Shown in pieces: positions 47,505 to 57,884 of a stretch of DNA of 64,000 nucleotides. The first letter of the stretch is position 1. The number at the start of each line of letters is the position of its first letter. The DNA is from a virus, in the IMG/VR virus record IMGVR_UViG_3300025759_000058, one strand, 5' to 3'. Made by a program: the position numbers and the translations under genes. Below the pieces are notes generated by a model. That model was given only the letters and a program-made list of their open reading frames with translations, was not told where the DNA came from and searched no databases.

Positions 47505-49790
47505 ATGCCAAATTGGAAAAAGGTCATTGTATCTGGGTCAGATGCAATATTAAATAATGTAACGGCAAGTTCTGGCATATTGTCTTCTGGCGATATATAT
47601 GCTCCTAACTTTGTGGGTACTGCTTCATATGCAACAATATCCAAACGAGTTATAGTTACAAATAATGACAGCACTGATGGATTTTTGTATATACCATTTA
47701 GCGACGACAATGGTAATTTATATAAAAGTACGACAACATTTAGATTCAACCCTTTTGAAAAACAATTTAATATATCAAATATATCGGCCGGCAGTATTAC
47801 GGCTTCGGCTGATATAAGTGTAAGTGGTAATTTTTATGCAAACTTAACAGAAGATTCTAGTAACTATAATACAGTTGTTTATAATACTGCAACAGGTCAG
47901 TTTTTCTATACCGGATCGTATGGCGGCAATGCTAGCATAACAATTGATAATGATGCTAATGATAGAATCATTACAGCCAAAGGCAATGGAACTTTAAATG
48001 CTGAACAAAATTTATCATTTAATGGCACGACATTATCTCTTAATGGTACATTCCTTCATACAACAGATTTAGGTAGATCATTCATTTCGTTAAAAGAAGG
48101 TGACTATTATTTACTCCAAGCAGGTGATATGGAAAATGCGCGTAATCAAACATTGTTTGAAATACGCGATGCATCCAGTAGTTTCTACTTCCATACACAA
48201 AACGAACATCCGCATTATTTAAATTCAGCATCTTTATTTATATCAGGTACGATTAGCGGAAGCGGGTTATATATAGATAATTACAAGACTGGTACTGCAA
48301 CATTTACGGGACTCGTTGATGCACTGCAAGTATCTGCATCGATTATTAAGACTAATACATTAAAAGTATCTGATATAACATATCCTACTACTGATGGAGA
48401 TGATGGTAATATATTAATGACAGATGGGGAAGGTAATCTAACACTACAACCAAACACATCTTTTTTTAATGTTAAAAACGTTGGTAGTAATACTTTACTT
48501 AAAGGAACCCCTGTACATGCAACTGGAACAACAGGAAATACCTCAGAAGTAATAGCTGCTTCTGCTTCTAATGCACTAACTATGCCAGCAACTTATGTGT
48601 TAGCCGAAGATATAGATGCTGATGAAACAGGTAGGGCAATACTAACTGGTTATTTAAATGGTATAGACACATCTAATGGTTTTACACCAGGTGATGTGGT
48701 GTATGTGGGTGAAACGGGAGGATATACTCCTTTTAAACCCTCAGGATCAAATTTAATTCAAAATATTGGTATTATAATAAAGTCCGATGCTAGTAATGGA
48801 TCAATTCTTATTTATGGTTCTGGTAGATCAAATGACGTGCCTAACATACCGGCCGGGTATACATGGGTTGGTGATAGCGATGGAGTTGCAACTCCCGTTC
48901 CGACATCTTCTATTATAGCTGCAACATCATCCGCTGCAGATCGAATATTCGTTAATAATGCTAATTTCGACTCATATGCAAACATAGTAACAATAGACCC
49001 TAGTACAGAATCGAATGGATATAAGTTGCTACAACGAGATGATTCGGGACTTGCATATAATGCAGCTCAAAATACTCTTAAAGTAGGTCATTTATCTGCG
49101 AGTGCATTAACGGTTACAGAAAGCTTCAATATTACAGGTAAACAGTATTCAACGGCATCTTATCATTTAATAGAAGTGCCCGCAGGCCAAATGTATACTC
49201 AAGGTGTATTTTTTGTTACTGGATCAATGCCATCAGACCAAGCTTCTCCTGACTGGACTAAATTTTCGTTATTTAAATTTAGCACTTCTAGTGCATTAGA
49301 CTTGGACTTAATTATTAATGTTATACCAGATGAAACAGAACCGGTATCTAGTTCTATATTACGTAGTACGTCGAATATAGCTGCAATAACTCAATATCCA
49401 ATAGAAGTTAGTTATGAAGCTTGGCCATTTGAGTCAGGTCAATATACATTTACTATAGGAGCTGGATTTCCATTAGAACAAAGTTTTGAAGGGTGGATAT
49501 TTGCAAACGGTGTTAATTTTTCAGGGGCAATTGAACAATATCAAGCAACTAATCAATTTAATCCGACCGGCTATCCTTATGTAGGTGATGAAGAAGATAC
49601 TCCACAAATCGCCGGCGGCCAAAGTCCGATAATATTATCTATAGTCACCGGGTCCGCCGGTATACCGTCGGGATATGTATCATTACGTCTTTTATTATCG
49701 TCAAATACTAGTACTAATGCATTTTTATCGTATATAGAAAATGCAAAGCTCAATGTAACATGTGTATATAAATTGGTTAACTATGCCTAA
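47505..49790 (+). CDS. Fibre protein (MPNWKKVIVSGS N-terminus)
   Basis: N-terminus paralogous to 42973; KGTPV...GDVVYVG..GG module. Confidence 0.65.
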   Translation: MPNWKKVIVSGSDAILNNVTASSGILSSGDIYAPNFVGTASYATISKRVIVTNNDSTDGFLYIPFSDDNGNLYKSTTTFRFNPFEKQFNISNISAGSITASADISVSGNFYANLTEDSSNYNTVVYNTATGQFFYTGSYGGNASITIDNDANDRIITAKGNGTLNAEQNLSFNGTTLSLNGTFLHTTDLGRSFISLKEGDYYLLQAGDMENARNQTLFEIRDASSSFYFHTQNEHPHYLNSASLFISGTISGSGLYIDNYKTGTATFTGLVDALQVSASIIKTNTLKVSDITYPTTDGDDGNILMTDGEGNLTLQPNTSFFNVKNVGSNTLLKGTPVHATGTTGNTSEVIAASASNALTMPATYVLAEDIDADETGRAILTGYLNGIDTSNGFTPGDVVYVGETGGYTPFKPSGSNLIQNIGIIIKSDASNGSILIYGSGRSNDVPNIPAGYTWVGDSDGVATPVPTSSIIAATSSAADRIFVNNANFDSYANIVTIDPSTESNGYKLLQRDDSGLAYNAAQNTLKVGHLSASALTVTESFNITGKQYSTASYHLIEVPAGQMYTQGVFFVTGSMPSDQASPDWTKFSLFKFSTSSALDLDLIINVIPDETEPVSSSILRSTSNIAAITQYPIEVSYEAWPFESGQYTFTIGAGFPLEQSFEGWIFANGVNFSGAIEQYQATNQFNPTGYPYVGDEEDTPQIAGGQSPIILSIVTGSAGIPSGYVSLRLLLSSNTSTNAFLSYIENAKLNVTCVYKLVNYA

Positions 49791-50733
49791 TTTTTATTCT
49801 TTAAATATAACTAATTCCGGAAGTATACGGTTATTTAACACTCATGATGATTTTGTTAATAACACCGGATTTGTTACATCTGTGACGAATAAAGGGCTAG
49901 AATTTTCAAAATTTGCTGGACAATCCACAACACAGATTTTACAGTTAAGCAGTTCTAACAGAGAACCTAGAGTAGGTATAGGTTTTCAGTCCGGCGAAAA
50001 GTTTTCATCGACATTTGATTTGTTGTCGACAACCGATTCGGCCGTAGGTACTGAAATTATTTTACGTAGTGCACGGACAGCAATAGGAGCGCAACCAGGC
50101 GACATCGCCGGTAAGATAAACTTCGCAATACAAAGTGCTAGCTATAAATCGACAGAACTTTCTGGTTCTGCTGCTTCTATCCGTTCTCGAGTAGATCAAA
50201 TTGATGACACAGGCGTCATCGGAAGTTTAATCCTAGCGACGCCTGCTAGTAAGTATGCAGAACAAGATACGTTAACTTTAAGTTTCTTAGGATCGACGTT
50301 TAGTAGTTCATTGACAGTACTGAGTGATATCAATAGTACAGCAACCGTTACTACAAATTATTTAACAGCATCTCGTGGCGCATATATATCAGGAGCTTTA
50401 TACTTAAACGGACCGACATTTATAGCTGACCCGCCGCCAGGTAATCAAAGTTTCGGGATAGAGTTTCACCAAACGTTTAGCCCGGGCGGAGGCGGCATCT
50501 TGCAAGATGTAACGGACGGCCGATGGACAGCGCGCCGCCTCGATGGAACGGGTCCTGCATATGATGGCGTCGACCCAGAGTTATTTAGTATAGCATTGAC
50601 AGGCTCATTTTATCACTCAGGTTCATATGTAGTTAATGGTAGTACTGTTAATATGCAAAATACAATATTTACGCTTGGCGGATTTGAAGATGTATCATCA
50701 TCATTGGCTACTATCGATGCTGGCGTATTCTAA
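49783..50733 (+). CDS. Fibre-associated protein, C-terminal IDAGVF
   Basis: Shares the VGIG...GTE..L...GD.AG..NF...SGS domain with 10058; ATG 49783 preferred. Confidence 0.6.
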   Translation: MPNFYSLNITNSGSIRLFNTHDDFVNNTGFVTSVTNKGLEFSKFAGQSTTQILQLSSSNREPRVGIGFQSGEKFSSTFDLLSTTDSAVGTEIILRSARTAIGAQPGDIAGKINFAIQSASYKSTELSGSAASIRSRVDQIDDTGVIGSLILATPASKYAEQDTLTLSFLGSTFSSSLTVLSDINSTATVTTNYLTASRGAYISGALYLNGPTFIADPPPGNQSFGIEFHQTFSPGGGGILQDVTDGRWTARRLDGTGPAYDGVDPELFSIALTGSFYHSGSYVVNGSTVNMQNTIFTLGGFEDVSSSLATIDAGVF

Positions 50734-50762
50734 CGACTTGATATTTATTATAAAGGAATAAT

Positions 50763-51938
50763 ATGGCAGTTAATGTACCAATTTGGCCTGGCTCATCATC
50801 ATTCTTTCCCGGAGATACGCCATTCGGATTTTATGATCGTGATAGAGATTTTGCATGCGATGTAGAATCTGTAGCCGATTGGTGTGCAAAGCGTTTAGGA
50901 TATCCTTTAGTAGACATAGAACTTCAAGATAAAAATTTCTTTGCTTGTTTCGAAGAAGCTGTTTCAGAATATGGCGCTCAATTAAATACATATAATATCC
51001 GTGATAATATGTTAAATTTATACGGATCTGCTACAGGCTCAAATTTGACAGGTAAAAAAGTTTCGCCGACATTAGGAGGATTAATTGAGCTAGCAGAAGA
51101 GTATGGTGTTGAAGCAGGCTCCGGAGGAAATGTAACATATTATACCGGCTCGATATCAATAGTTAATGGCCAGCAGGTATATGACTTAACTGATAGTAAT
51201 ACCGTATCATTAGAGTCAGGAACGCCTGGTACAGATGCAATCGAAATCAAACGTTTATTTCACGACCCGCCACCGGCTCTTGCAAGATTTTTTGATCCAT
51301 TTGTTGGTTCTGGAATCGGTACGCAACAAATGTTGGACTCTTTTGGGTTTGGTAATTATTCGCCTGGCGTGTCATTTTTAATGCAGCCGGTTTATGCAGA
51401 CATGTTGCGTTTGCAAGCAATTGAATTAAATGATATTGTACGTAGGTCTGCATATTCATTCCAAATATCAAATGATAGAATCCGTATATTTCCTATACCA
51501 GTATCTGGATCATCTGGATCAGCACCTACTACGATTTGGTTTGAGTACATTAAAAAAGCAGATAGAAGTAATCCATTAAAAGGAGCTACTGGTACTATAT
51601 CCGATTTTTCAAATGTACCGTACAATAATGTTATATATAAAAATATTAATAGTGTCGGTCGTCAATGGGTACGTAGATATACATTGGCATTGGCAATGGA
51701 AATGTTAGGATTTATTAGAGGAAAGTATTCTGCATTACCAATTCCTAACTCAGAAATTACATTAAATGGATCCGACCTTTTATCGGCCGGACAAACCGCC
51801 AAAGAGGCGTTAATAACAGAACTTAAAGATATACTTGATTCAATGTCTAGGCAAGCACAATTGGAAAGAAAACAGGCTGAATCTGATTCGTTACAACAAC
51901 AAATTAACAAGGTACCACTTAAAATTTATATCGCATAA
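50763..51938 (+). CDS. Neck protein (gp13-like)
   Basis: RLGYPLVDIEL, WVRRYTLALA.EMLG..RGKY, ITLNG. Confidence 0.85.
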   Translation: MAVNVPIWPGSSSFFPGDTPFGFYDRDRDFACDVESVADWCAKRLGYPLVDIELQDKNFFACFEEAVSEYGAQLNTYNIRDNMLNLYGSATGSNLTGKKVSPTLGGLIELAEEYGVEAGSGGNVTYYTGSISIVNGQQVYDLTDSNTVSLESGTPGTDAIEIKRLFHDPPPALARFFDPFVGSGIGTQQMLDSFGFGNYSPGVSFLMQPVYADMLRLQAIELNDIVRRSAYSFQISNDRIRIFPIPVSGSSGSAPTTIWFEYIKKADRSNPLKGATGTISDFSNVPYNNVIYKNINSVGRQWVRRYTLALAMEMLGFIRGKYSALPIPNSEITLNGSDLLSAGQTAKEALITELKDILDSMSRQAQLERKQAESDSLQQQINKVPLKIYIA

Positions 51939-52474
51939 TGGCATTATATGGATCGGCGAGAGATGCAAGTTTAATTCGTTCTATTAACAAAGAACTTATT
52001 AATAAACAAGTTGATACTGAAATAGGATATTTCAAATTAAAACTTGATTCGTCTCGTACAAACATATACAATGAAGCTGATACTAAAGTATATTATGCAC
52101 CGCAACGTATAAGTTGTTTAGTTGCATTGGATGATAAAACAAGAATATCGGACGATTTTGGTATAGACCTAAACCGTACAGCACAGTTTGCTTTTCTGCG
52201 AGATACGTTAGTTGAAAGAAATTTAGTAGCGGAAGTGGGTGATATTATTCAATATGATAAAGATTACTTTGAAATTGATAATATACGAGATGGGCAATAT
52301 TGGTCCGGCCGCAATCCATCAAAAGATATCGGATATACAGAAGGATTGCGCGGCGAGTTTGGTTATAGTGTATCTGTTATTTGCGAAGCACATATTACTA
52401 GACGTAGTTCATTAAATATAGAACAAGTACATACAGGCGTTAATCCTAACTTAAACATACCACGTAACATATGA
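51938..52474 (+). CDS. Head closure/neck protein (gp14-like)
   Basis: NIYNE, FGID, EVGDII...YFEI; synteny. Confidence 0.7.
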   Translation: MALYGSARDASLIRSINKELINKQVDTEIGYFKLKLDSSRTNIYNEADTKVYYAPQRISCLVALDDKTRISDDFGIDLNRTAQFAFLRDTLVERNLVAEVGDIIQYDKDYFEIDNIRDGQYWSGRNPSKDIGYTEGLRGEFGYSVSVICEAHITRRSSLNIEQVHTGVNPNLNIPRNI

Positions 52475-53280
52475 GTAAGCCAAGATTAAATAAAACAGAA
52501 TCGTCATTTTCAAATGATCAAGAGTTTAATAGATCTGACCAAATTCGCCGTGATAATGATACGGTTAAGACACCTGCGGTAACGCTATATGACCACGACA
52601 ATGCTATTATAGATTTTATGCAATCCGTCATTCAACCTAAAGTTGTGCAGAACGGCTCAACTATTGACGTTCCGATTGTATATGCTAATGGCGAAAAGTG
52701 GGCACAAATCCAATCCAAAGGATTTATGTATGATGTTGATTCAAAATTATTAGCGCCATTAATTTCTATACGCCGTACGGAAGTGTTAGAACGAGATACA
52801 TTAAAAGGGTTAGCAGTCAACAGAAATCCATCGCGCCAAAATGGCCATTATGCAGAACGCAATAGTATCACATTAGAAAATAAATATTCTGCGAATAATG
52901 CATATGATAGATTTTCTGTATTACGTAATTCTAGATTGCGTCGTGAATTATATGTAATACCTGTGCCTGAATTTGTTGATATTACATATGAAATGTTTAT
53001 ATGGACTGATTATCAAGAACAAATGAATTCTATTATTGAATCGCTAATACCAGTGAGTGGCTTTGCATGGGGCACTTCATATAAATTTGTTACTATGATT
53101 TCTTCAATGAGTTCTGAGACGATTAATGCAATTGGAGAAGATAGGTTAATTCGTACAACAGTATCGTTAACAACTAAGGGCGTGTTATTAGCAGAGTCAG
53201 AATTGCGCGCGACCAATTTACAAAAACAATATAGTGTTAAACGTATTTCTTTCGGCGATGAACGTGTTATCGGCGATTAA
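52471..53280 (+). CDS. Tail sheath stabilizer/terminator (gp15-like)
   Basis: VPIVYANGEKW, PLISI.R, P.FVDITYE..IW...QMN.IIE; synteny. Confidence 0.8.
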   Translation: MSKPRLNKTESSFSNDQEFNRSDQIRRDNDTVKTPAVTLYDHDNAIIDFMQSVIQPKVVQNGSTIDVPIVYANGEKWAQIQSKGFMYDVDSKLLAPLISIRRTEVLERDTLKGLAVNRNPSRQNGHYAERNSITLENKYSANNAYDRFSVLRNSRLRRELYVIPVPEFVDITYEMFIWTDYQEQMNSIIESLIPVSGFAWGTSYKFVTMISSMSSETINAIGEDRLIRTTVSLTTKGVLLAESELRATNLQKQYSVKRISFGDERVIGD

Positions 53281-53306
53281 CATATATTTATAACAAAGGA
53301 AAAGTT

Positions 53307-53579
53307 ATGGCAGACGCAATTAAGTTTACAAAAGAAGAAATGGATCGTATCCAAGACTTGAGATCTCAAGGTTCAAAATTAATGTTGGAATTAGGTCAGG
53401 CAGAAGCTGAGTTATTTTTAACTCATCGCCGCATTGAGCAAATCGAAGCTGCAAAAGAACAATTAACCAACAGATATATTACATTGCAGAATGCAGAGCA
53501 AGAGCTAGTTAAAGATTTAAATTCTAAATACGGCGCTGGTTCTGTAGATGTTGAAAGTGGCGAATTTATTCCTGCTTAA
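53307..53579 (+). CDS. Small coiled-coil protein (possible assembly chaperone)
   Basis: 90 aa heptads ending KYG.G..D.ESGEF; late motif and SD. Confidence 0.55.
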   Translation: MADAIKFTKEEMDRIQDLRSQGSKLMLELGQAEAELFLTHRRIEQIEAAKEQLTNRYITLQNAEQELVKDLNSKYGAGSVDVESGEFIPA

Positions 53580-53650
53580 TAATATTTAAACCGTTAGTTT
53601 GGCTTTGTGATCCTATATTTATATGAAACCATTAATATAGGAGTAACCAC

Positions 53651-55759
53651 ATGGCAGCTGAAAAAATCGTATCGCCAGGTGTATTTACTAGAGAAATTGA
53701 CCAATCACAGTTACCAGCCGCGGTTGCGGCGATTGGAGCTGCTGTAGTCGGTCCGACAGTAAAAGGCCCTGCCGGTATTCCAGTTACCGTATCATCTTAT
53801 TCAGAATATGTACAACGTTTTGGAAGTACATTTACATCAGGATCTGGTGGAGATGAGCAGCGGTATAAATATTTGACATCATATGTCGCAGAACAATATC
53901 TTAAGTATGCGGATACATTAACCGTAGTACGTACATTGGACGGTGACTATTCGCATGCAACGACTGAGGTTGGTGCATCTAATGCAACAACTACTAGAGC
54001 AACAGGCTCGTTAACGATTGTAGGAACGTTTGGCCAATCGGTTGATGATGTTACAAAAATTACCGTTGCTGGTAATACATATCAATTCGTTGCACATGAA
54101 TCAACGCCGCCTAGTGATGTAGTAGGAAATACATATTACTTTACAACCGGTTCAAGTACAGCGACGTTCTTGGATAACTTAGTAGCCGAAATTAACGCAG
54201 CTAACATTGGTGTTATTGCCAATGATGGGACAACGGCATTGCAATTGACTTCATCGGCATATGGATCGGAAGGCGATAACATTACAGTACAATCTGGTTC
54301 TGATGCAACGAGCTATAGTACAGTATTGACGTTGGACGGAGGAGCAAATGCCGATACAGTAGTATTTAAATTGCATACATTAGCTGACGGAGCAGATCAA
54401 AATAGTGCTGGCGCAGAAGGTACTAATGGATTGTTAACAAACGGTACTGAAAACAACTTAAGATATGAAATTAGTAATCGTAACACAAACAAAGGTACCT
54501 TTACATTAAGTATTCGTCGTGGTAATGATACTAATCGTCGTAAAGTTGTATTAGAACAATATACTAACTTAACACTTGATCCGAATGAATCTAATTATAT
54601 TGGACGTGTTATCGGCGATCAAGTATATACGTTGAGAGACGCTGGCGGCACTGATCCGTACTTACAATTGTCTGGTTCATTTGTTAACAAATCAAATTTG
54701 GTACGTGTTGAAGTATTAAAAAATACATATAACTACTTAGATGAAAATGGAAGCATTAGAGATGGTTCATTAACGAGCTTGATTCCTTCTAATCAATCTG
54801 GTTCATTCTCCGGCGGAAGCGACGGGACAGTAAATCATCCTAAACAGTTTAATGAAAATATTTCAGATACAAATGTACAAGGCTTGACATTTGGAGCATC
54901 AGGGAATGCAGGATATATTGATGCAATTCGTTTATTAAAGAACCAAGATGAATATGATATTAATTTATTAGCACTTCCAGGCCTAGTAGATAACAATGCT
55001 AATCATGCTGTAGTAATTACAGAGGCATTGAACATGTGTGAAGATAGAGGTGATTGTTTCTTGTTAATTGATCCTGCATCATATGGAACTGCTTTGTCGT
55101 CAGTAACATCTGAAGCTGCTGATAGAGATAGTAACTATGCTGCAATGTATTGGCCATGGGTTAAGATTGCAGATCCAGACTTGAACAAGAATGTTTGGGT
55201 TCCTGCTTCTGTAGTAATCCCTGGTGTATATGCATTCAATGATAGAGTTGCCGCACCATGGTTTGCGCCAGCTGGTTTGAATAGAGGTGGTATTGATGTC
55301 GCGGTTCAAGCTGAGCGTAAATTAACTCAATCTAACAGAGATGATTTATATGATGCTAATGTTAATCCACTTGCTTCGTTCCCAAATACCGGAATTGTTG
55401 TATATGGCCAAAAGACATTGCAAAAGAAGTCATCTGCATTGGATCGTGTAAATGTACGTCGTTTGATGATTGCTGCTAAGAAGTATATTGCTTCTGCATC
55501 TAAGTTCTTGGTATTTGAACAAAATACTGCAGTAACTAGAAATAGATTCTTGAATATCGTGAATCCTTACTTTGAAGATGTCCAGCAACGTCAAGGTTTG
55601 TATGCATTTAAAGTTGTAATGGATGATTCAAATAACACGCCAGACGTTATTGATAGAAATCAAATGGTAGGACAGATCTTTCTGCAACCTACTAAGACGG
55701 CTGAATTTATTGTTATTGACTTCAACATATTACCAACCGGTGCTGCCTTTCCAGACTAA
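53651..55759 (+). CDS. Tail sheath protein (gp18-like)
   Basis: SPGVFTREID, YWPW, WFAPAGLNRG, GQKTLQ, DRVNVRRL, FEQN, NNTPDVIDRN, AEFI. Confidence 0.96.
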   Translation: MAAEKIVSPGVFTREIDQSQLPAAVAAIGAAVVGPTVKGPAGIPVTVSSYSEYVQRFGSTFTSGSGGDEQRYKYLTSYVAEQYLKYADTLTVVRTLDGDYSHATTEVGASNATTTRATGSLTIVGTFGQSVDDVTKITVAGNTYQFVAHESTPPSDVVGNTYYFTTGSSTATFLDNLVAEINAANIGVIANDGTTALQLTSSAYGSEGDNITVQSGSDATSYSTVLTLDGGANADTVVFKLHTLADGADQNSAGAEGTNGLLTNGTENNLRYEISNRNTNKGTFTLSIRRGNDTNRRKVVLEQYTNLTLDPNESNYIGRVIGDQVYTLRDAGGTDPYLQLSGSFVNKSNLVRVEVLKNTYNYLDENGSIRDGSLTSLIPSNQSGSFSGGSDGTVNHPKQFNENISDTNVQGLTFGASGNAGYIDAIRLLKNQDEYDINLLALPGLVDNNANHAVVITEALNMCEDRGDCFLLIDPASYGTALSSVTSEAADRDSNYAAMYWPWVKIADPDLNKNVWVPASVVIPGVYAFNDRVAAPWFAPAGLNRGGIDVAVQAERKLTQSNRDDLYDANVNPLASFPNTGIVVYGQKTLQKKSSALDRVNVRRLMIAAKKYIASASKFLVFEQNTAVTRNRFLNIVNPYFEDVQQRQGLYAFKVVMDDSNNTPDVIDRNQMVGQIFLQPTKTAEFIVIDFNILPTGAAFPD

Positions 55760-55802
55760 TAGCGACGGCATATTTATAATAAAGTAAAAAGGAGTAACTA
55801 AG

Positions 55803-56291
55803 ATGGCAGAATTACTTGATCCCACGGAAATCTTTTATACCGCATATGAACCAAAGATGGCAAATCGGTTTATCATGTACATTGAAGGTATTCCGGCATA
55901 TTTGATTAAGGCTGCCTCTCGTCCTTCAATTGACCAAGGTGAGGTTATTTTAGACCACATCAACGTCGAAAGAAAGTTGAAAGGCAAGTCTAGATGGCAA
56001 GATGTAACTGTAACTTTATATGACCCAGTTGTTCCTTCCGGCGCTCAAGCAGTAATGGAATGGATTAGATTACACCACGAGTCTGTAACAGGACGTGATG
56101 GATATAGCGACTTTTATAAAAAAGAAATCACAATGAACTCTTTAGGACCGGTAGGTGATAAAGTTGAAGAGTGGACTCTTAAAGGAGCGTTTATTTCATC
56201 TGCAACGTTTGGTGATATGGATTGGGCAACTGAGGACCCAGTTAATATTGAATTGACACTTAAGTATGATTATGCGATATTGCAATTCTAA
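55803..56291 (+). CDS. Tail tube protein (gp19-like)
   Basis: EPK..NRF, W.DVTVTLYD, EWTLKGAF, L.YDYA; follows sheath. Confidence 0.9.
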   Translation: MAELLDPTEIFYTAYEPKMANRFIMYIEGIPAYLIKAASRPSIDQGEVILDHINVERKLKGKSRWQDVTVTLYDPVVPSGAQAVMEWIRLHHESVTGRDGYSDFYKKEITMNSLGPVGDKVEEWTLKGAFISSATFGDMDWATEDPVNIELTLKYDYAILQF

Positions 56292-56320
56292 TTGTTAATT
56301 GATAATTGTCATTGAGAATT

Positions 56321-56352
56321 AAGGAATCCCGCTTCGGCGGGATTCTTTTTTT
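56321..56352 (+). terminator. Rho-independent terminator, cUUCGg loop
   Basis: GAATCCCGC-TTCG-GCGGGATTC-TTTTTTT, followed by ATATTTAT (56355). Confidence 0.9.
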
Positions 56353-56378
56353 ACATATTTATATAAAAGGTAAATGCA

Positions 56379-56969
56379 ATGGTTAAGATTGATGTACGGT
56401 CGATTATAATTCTAGTATTAATAGCTATAATCGTTCTCATGCGTAAATGTAATAATGTAGAACCAATTACTGAAACGCGTGTAGAAACTAAAACGGTTAT
56501 TGAATATGATACTGTGCATATTGAACATACGGAGTATGTACCTAAGTATTATGAAACAATTGTTACGGTAACTGATACCGTACCAGCATCTGTAGATACA
56601 TTATCTATCTTAAAAGACTATTATACAAAAATATATTACCAAGATACGATTGCATTAGATACGTTAGGATATATTGTATTGAACGATACAATTACACAAA
56701 ATAGAATCTATTCTAGAGCAATTGATCCTAGCATTCAAATACCTATTATAACAAATACTATCAAAGAAACCGTATACATTAATAACAGAGAAATATATGC
56801 TGGTCCGGTAGTAAACTTTAATTCTAATGGTGTTAATTTTGTTGGCGGTAGTTTGTTATTAAAAGATAAGCTAGGACATAATTTCTATTCATCAATAGGG
56901 TTTGATCGAGATTTTAATGTAACATACCAAGTAGGCGTAAATTGGAAGTTACAGAAAAACAAGGACTAA
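56379..56969 (+). CDS. N-terminally anchored membrane/secreted protein (lysis-accessory candidate)
   Basis: SIIILVLIAIIVLM TM then RKC; many DT(V/I/L) motifs; C-terminal alternating beta strands (YQVGVNWKL). Confidence 0.55.
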   Translation: MVKIDVRSIIILVLIAIIVLMRKCNNVEPITETRVETKTVIEYDTVHIEHTEYVPKYYETIVTVTDTVPASVDTLSILKDYYTKIYYQDTIALDTLGYIVLNDTITQNRIYSRAIDPSIQIPIITNTIKETVYINNREIYAGPVVNFNSNGVNFVGGSLLLKDKLGHNFYSSIGFDRDFNVTYQVGVNWKLQKNKD

Positions 56970-57023
56970 GTTCGTATAACTTAGCTTTTGCCATATTTAT
57001 AATAAAGTTATTCAGGAGAAATA

Positions 57024-57884
57024 ATGCCAACAGTTAACGACGATTACCCAAAAAAATCCACTATGACAGACGAAGAAATGAAAGCAGCTGCAATTGCGCA
57101 GTTCGAAGCTAAACAAACGGCTGCTAGCGAAAAGGTACACGACTTTCCTACGGAGATAGTTGATCTACCATCGAAAGGTGTTCCATATCCAGCTGGCCAC
57201 CCATTAAAGTCTGGCACAATTGAAATGAAATATATGACTGCTAAAGAAGAGGATATTCTTACAAATCAATCGTACATTAAATCGGGCGTGGTATTGGATA
57301 AGTTATTTAAATCTTTAATTGTTACTAATGTAGCATATGATGATTTATTATTGGGTGATAAAAATGCAATTATGTTAGCAACTCGTATATTAGGTTACGG
57401 TAAAATGTATGAGACTAAGGTCAATACACCATCTGGTAATGAACAAACTGTAACAATTGATTTAACGGATCTTAAAGAAAAAGATGTTGATTTTGATTTG
57501 TTAAAAGATGGCCAATTGGCATACGATTATGAATTGCCGGTTACTAAGCGTAAGATCAAAGTACGATTATTAGATCAGCGTATTCAAAACAAGATTGATG
57601 CCGAAATCAAAGGTTTGGCAAAACTTAAAAAAGATGCATCTGCCACCACTATGCTAAAACATATAATTGTAGAGCTAGATGGCAATACGGAGTCCGGAGT
57701 TATTCGTAAATTTGTTGATAATGAATTATTAGCGATTGAGTCCCGTGCAATTCGAAACTATTTAAAAAGTATCACACCGGATATTGAGCTACGTACAGAG
57801 GTGATTGACGAGGAGACGTCGGAGCCCTTTCGCTGTGCAATTACCATCGGATTGGACTTTTTTTGGCCTGACCTCGAAGTATAA
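57024..57884 (+). CDS. Baseplate hub assembly/tail assembly chaperone (gp26-like)
   Basis: LPSKG..Y, MTAKEEDIL, DLLLGDKNAIM...RILGYG, ends DFFWP. Confidence 0.8.
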   Translation: MPTVNDDYPKKSTMTDEEMKAAAIAQFEAKQTAASEKVHDFPTEIVDLPSKGVPYPAGHPLKSGTIEMKYMTAKEEDILTNQSYIKSGVVLDKLFKSLIVTNVAYDDLLLGDKNAIMLATRILGYGKMYETKVNTPSGNEQTVTIDLTDLKEKDVDFDLLKDGQLAYDYELPVTKRKIKVRLLDQRIQNKIDAEIKGLAKLKKDASATTMLKHIIVELDGNTESGVIRKFVDNELLAIESRAIRNYLKSITPDIELRTEVIDEETSEPFRCAITIGLDFFWPDLEV

